Position numbers and translations under genes: made by a program. Below, piece after piece: positions 60,102 through 64,000 of a stretch of 64,000 nucleotides of DNA. Position 1 is the stretch's first letter. Each line of letters begins with the position of its first letter. The notes under the pieces are model-generated. The model searched no databases, was not told the origin of the DNA, and saw nothing but the letters and a program-made list of their open reading frames with translations. Origin of the DNA: Planctomycetota bacterium (lineage in GTDB: Bacteria > Planctomycetota > UBA11346); assembly GCA_038213805.1 (NCBI GenBank), contig JBBQSO010000010.1:1-64000 (forward strand), given 5' to 3'.

Positions 60102-60768
60102 CAGCCGCCTTCGTCTTCGGCCGCACCTTGGAACCGGACTTGCCCGCGGTGCCACGGCGCTCGCCGCGCAGCGTCGAGCGCGGTGCGGTCTTTGCCGCCG
60201 CTGCAGCGCGCCGGCGGGGCTTGGCCGCCATGGCGGGCGTCCGCTTTGCTTTGGCCTTGCTGCGCTGCGCCGGAGCGGCAGCGCTCGCACGCGCCAGCAG
60301 CGCCGCGCGCCGCTGCGCCAAGCGCTTGCCCAACACCGCGAGCTCAGCCCTGGTGAAGGCCAGGCGCGCCTTCGGGAACATGGTGTGCTCCTCCTCCTTG
60401 AAGTGGTGACGGATGCCCTCGCCCAGGACGTGCGCCTTGGCCTGCCATTGCGGCGTCCCGGTATCCATGCGGCCCAATTCGCGGATCAGCACGTCGGCGA
60501 CGTGGTGCTCCTGCAGGCCTTCCTGGACGATGTCGGCGAGCGCCTCACGCTTGGCGGCGGCGGCGCGGTAGAACACCGACTCCTCTGCCTTCTGGTGCGC
60601 GGTCAGCAGCTGGCGCAGTTCGGCGAAGAGCTTCTGCCGCTTCACCCGTGCGCGGTCGCCGGTGTCCTGGATGGCCTCCAACAGGGCGCGGGCCTTCACA
60701 TGGTCGGCCTTGAGCAGGTCCAGCGGGTCGTGTGCGCCGTGCGGGATGACGAAGTCGATGAGGGCCAT
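60091..60768 (-). CDS. Hemerythrin/HHE cation-binding protein with basic tail
   Basis: LLKADH, HQKAEESVFY, EH and HHFKEEEHTMFP. K/R/A-rich C-terminus. Confidence 0.85.
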   Translation of the reverse strand: MALIDFVIPHGAHDPLDLLKADHVKARALLEAIQDTGDRARVKRQKLFAELRQLLTAHQKAEESVFYRAAAAKREALADIVQEGLQEHHVADVLIRELGRMDTGTPQWQAKAHVLGEGIRHHFKEEEHTMFPKARLAFTRAELAVLGKRLAQRRAALLARASAAAPAQRSKAKAKRTPAMAAKPRRRAAAAAKTAPRSTLRGERRGTAGKSGSKVRPKTKAAAKR

Positions 60769-61187
60769 GGGTTCCTCGCTGATGGGGGTGGGCTCGGGCG
60801 GTGAGGGGCGATGGACGGTTCCGGCCGTCGCCGTGCATTGGTCACCCGACAAAGCGCACGCTGTGCCGATAGCGCGCCGATGGTGGGACGTGACGCTATT
60901 CCCAGACGGATGGCACATTGGCTGGCATCCGCCCGACCACCACATACTCCGCAGGCCCTCCGCAGGACGCCAACGTGGATCATCGCCCTGCTCCGTGCAC
61001 GGCGTGTCCCGATCGACCTTGCGGACTGCAATCCTCAGGCATCGCTGTCCGTGCGCCCTGGGACCGGCGACGAGTGCCGCGCATCAGCGTTCCCGAGGTC
61101 GGTGGTGCGCGGTGCAGGGGCAACAGCCCACGAAGCGCACCGTCATCCCACGATCTGCACCCACAGCCAGCGCATCCCCTCTCCCCA

Positions 61188-63905
61188 TCACGGCGCCACC
61201 GGCCCCAGCGTGATGTCATCCAGCCACATGACGCTCGGTCCGGTCGCGTCGCTGCCGAAGCCGTACCAGGCGATCGCGGTGAAGGCCTGGTCGCAGGGCA
61301 GGTGCGCGAAACGCTGCGGCTCCGCGGCGCCGGGCAGGGTCACGGCCAGATCCCAGGTGCCGTCCGCATGATCGCCGAGCCCTGCGGTCATGGCGAAGCG
61401 CAGCCAGGCGCCGTGTGGCACTGTGAGCAGCTCGCGCCCGCCCGCGCGCAGCACGCCCGCGGCATCGATGCGCAGCGACGGGCCGGCGTGGTAGGGATTC
61501 CCCTTGGTACGCCACTCGTGGAAGAAGATCGCGCCCTCGTCCATGCGCAGGGCGAAACTGCCGGCCAAGCGGCCACTGCTGAAGGACGGTGCGTACGCGA
61601 AATGCGGGTCCCACGAGTTCTTCAAGCCGGCCGCATCGGTGATCTTCAGGCTGCGCTTACCACCGGCAGCGGTCTCGTCGCTGACGCGGATATTCGCGGC
61701 GGGCACCTTGGGATCCTCGGCGATCTGCGCGTCCGAGGGCTTCTCGCCCAGCGGGGTGTCCTCGAAATCCTCGTGGATCGGCTGCAGGGAACGCGGCGGC
61801 GGGGGCGGCGGGAACGCGGCAAAGGCCTGGTCGTGGGCGCGCGCAGCGTCGTAGACGGGCAGCCACGCGCGCAGCGCGCCGACGGCGTGGTCGCGGCGCA
61901 GGCCACAGTCGCCCAGGGCCAGCGGCACGAAGCCGAGGCGCTCGGCGGGCGAGCCCGGCTTGAGGTGGAAGTCGCCGTGCACCGGGTCGACGAACTGCGG
62001 ATCCGCGACCAGCGAGGCGCCGTCGACGCCGCCGGCCTGCCAGTCCGCGAAGCTCTTGCCGGTGAAATCCGGCGCGGCGTCGTCGCGCCAGTAGAGGTTG
62101 TGGTCCATGGCGAAGTGCACGCCCGGCTTGTTCCAGTTGCTGCCGAGGATCGGCGCGTCGTGGGCGAGCACCACATTGTGCTCGAGGGTGAACGACAGAT
62201 GGTCCTCGTCGCGCGTGCGCATCAACTGCGCCTCGCGTCCGTACGCGAACACGTTGTTGCGGATCTGGTTGTCCCGCCCGTAGTGCTGGTGGAAGCCACT
62301 CGACGAGGTGCGGTAGACCAGGTTGCCTTCCATGACGATGCCGCTGCTGCCCTCGTCGGTGTACAGTCCCCAGCCGCCGTAGCTGAACGCGGTCACGTCG
62401 TGGATGCGGTTGCCGCGCACCACCGTGCCAGGCGAGACGCCCAGGGTGTAGACGCCGCCCATGTCGCTGAGCACGCCCTGGCCGAGGCGGTCCATATGAT
62501 TGGCGAGGATGCTGTTGCCGTGCGCGCCGCTGGGGCCGTAGCCCCACGTCCAGCCCACCGAGACCGCAGTGTAGTACAAGTCATGGAAGTCGCAGTGTTC
62601 GACGACATTGTCCGCGGATTGCCCGATCCACACCCCGATCGCGCCCGGGCCGATGCGCCCGGCCCAGGCGATCACGCAGTCGCGCACGGTGAGATGATGG
62701 GTGGTCTCCTCGGCGCGCTCGCGGTGCTGCCCCTCGCCGAGCTTGATGCCACCGGCGCCGAGGTCGGCCAGGGCGCAGCCGCTGATGCGGTCGGCGCTGC
62801 AGCCGCGCCCGAGCTCGAGGCCGTAGCCACCGGTGTGCAGCACCGCGCAGCCGGTGAAGGCGCCGTCCTGCAGGCCCACGGCCTCGATCGCCGACGGCAT
62901 GGTCATCTCGGCCTGGCCGTAGCTGTAGCCTTCGGGCTTCATCGCCCAGGCGCTGTGCGCGAAGGTCAGGCCGGAAAACTCCAGGTGCGTGACGAAGCGG
63001 CTCTTCTCCGGCTCCCCGACGATGCGCAGCAGATGTTCGCTGCGCGGTGCGATCACCTCGGTGCGCGCCGGGTCCTCGCCCGGGCGCGGGATGTAGGTGA
63101 GTGTGCCGGTCGGCTTGTCGAGATACCACTCGCCGGGCTGGTCGAGCGCCTCGGCGACGTTCTCGACGAGGTAGCGCCCGCCCGCGCGCAGGCCGCACCA
63201 GTCGGAGGCGCTGGTGGTGTGCCCGGTGAAAGTCACCGCGCGCTCGGGCGCGTCGACCGCGGCGACGCGGAAGCGCGACATTTGCCACTGATGGAAGGCG
63301 AGCACCTCGACGTCGCCGAGATTGCGCCAGCCCGCGTCGAGTTCGCCGGGGTTGAAGCGGAAGCGGTCATAGCCCTTGCCGGCGCTGCCCGGCGTGGGCG
63401 CGACCTCACCGGCTATTGAGTGGTAACCGTTCTTGGGCAGGCGCGGGCGATAGCGGCGCTCGCCGCCGACCCACAGCTGGTTGAAGGTCCACACACCGGC
63501 AGCCACCGTGGGCAGGTGCGCCACCCAGCGGCCGTGCGCATCGACGACGAAGCCGGTGATGCGCGTGCCGCCGCTGATGACCGGCGCAGCGCCCGGCGCG
63601 GCGGCCCAGGTGACCGGCGCGACGGCGCTGCCGGAATCCTCAGGCGTGAACACCAGCGGCTCGGCCAGCTCGTAGCGCCCTTCGTGGACCAGCACCGTGA
63701 CCGGCGCCATGCGCGCGGCCGGTGGCAGCTCGCGCACCGCGCGCTGGGCGCGCTGCAGGGTGGCGAATGGGCCGTCGTGATGCGCGACGTCGGGTGCCGC
63801 CAGGGTGCCGGTCCACGCGTCGTCGCCGCCCGGTGCGACGTGGAAATCGGCCGCCCAGCCAGAGCGCAGCGGCAGGATCAGAAAGGCGAGCGCGAGCAGG
63901 CGCAT
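61188..63905 (-). CDS. Exported right-handed beta-helix protein (GH141-like / polysaccharide-active)
   Basis: FHVAPGGDD.WTG, DGPFATL, LDQPGEW, YTAVSVGWTWGY, DMGGVYTLG and GLYTDEGSS, plus a C-terminal extra domain. Confidence 0.85.
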   Translation of the reverse strand: MRLLALAFLILPLRSGWAADFHVAPGGDDAWTGTLAAPDVAHHDGPFATLQRAQRAVRELPPAARMAPVTVLVHEGRYELAEPLVFTPEDSGSAVAPVTWAAAPGAAPVISGGTRITGFVVDAHGRWVAHLPTVAAGVWTFNQLWVGGERRYRPRLPKNGYHSIAGEVAPTPGSAGKGYDRFRFNPGELDAGWRNLGDVEVLAFHQWQMSRFRVAAVDAPERAVTFTGHTTSASDWCGLRAGGRYLVENVAEALDQPGEWYLDKPTGTLTYIPRPGEDPARTEVIAPRSEHLLRIVGEPEKSRFVTHLEFSGLTFAHSAWAMKPEGYSYGQAEMTMPSAIEAVGLQDGAFTGCAVLHTGGYGLELGRGCSADRISGCALADLGAGGIKLGEGQHRERAEETTHHLTVRDCVIAWAGRIGPGAIGVWIGQSADNVVEHCDFHDLYYTAVSVGWTWGYGPSGAHGNSILANHMDRLGQGVLSDMGGVYTLGVSPGTVVRGNRIHDVTAFSYGGWGLYTDEGSSGIVMEGNLVYRTSSSGFHQHYGRDNQIRNNVFAYGREAQLMRTRDEDHLSFTLEHNVVLAHDAPILGSNWNKPGVHFAMDHNLYWRDDAAPDFTGKSFADWQAGGVDGASLVADPQFVDPVHGDFHLKPGSPAERLGFVPLALGDCGLRRDHAVGALRAWLPVYDAARAHDQAFAAFPPPPPPRSLQPIHEDFEDTPLGEKPSDAQIAEDPKVPAANIRVSDETAAGGKRSLKITDAAGLKNSWDPHFAYAPSFSSGRLAGSFALRMDEGAIFFHEWRTKGNPYHAGPSLRIDAAGVLRAGGRELLTVPHGAWLRFAMTAGLGDHADGTWDLAVTLPGAAEPQRFAHLPCDQAFTAIAWYGFGSDATGPSVMWLDDITLGPVAP

Positions 63906-64000
63906 GTGCGGGATTTCCCAGGAGTGTTCGTAGCGACGCGGGGAGGTGTATAACCCTCCGCCCGGCCTCCGTTGAGGTAGGCTCCGTGCATACCAGCGCG

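Noticed and set aside
60853..60869. Second sigma-54-like site (TCGGCACAGCGTGCGCT, minus strand) upstream of the hemerythrin gene
   Set aside because: GG-N10-GC spacing is right but both boxes deviate from consensus, so it could easily arise by chance at this GC content.

Overview
Very GC-rich, gene-dense bacterial window. The gene content suggests a Planctomycetota/PVC-type organism, which is an inference. In order it holds: (1) a lysine-catabolism trio of an ALDH7-type dehydrogenase, a lysine-6/saccharopine dehydrogenase and a divergent VOC/HPPD-like metalloenzyme resembling 2-oxoadipate dioxygenase; (2) a hydrolase, a giant transglutaminase-like/TPR protein and a Wzx flippase; (3) an MNIO (DUF692) RiPP locus with a secreted 9-Cys CKG/GGC-repeat precursor and a DUF2063-type partner; (4) rhlE and uxs, then a ~22 kb Wzy-dependent exopolysaccharide cluster that includes an orphan PPTase and a priming transferase with a large insertion; (5) ppc and assorted secreted enzymes; (6) a carbohydrate-use region with GH30, GH127, a beta-helix enzyme and a LacI-isomerase-sedoheptulokinase-like operon. 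Several intergenic gaps carry short-tandem-repeat arms, each with a different 7-9 nt unit. They form inverted pairs with a consistent polarity relative to transcription. I saw no rRNA, tRNA, CRISPR array or transposase. All calls come from motif recognition by eye; no searches were run.
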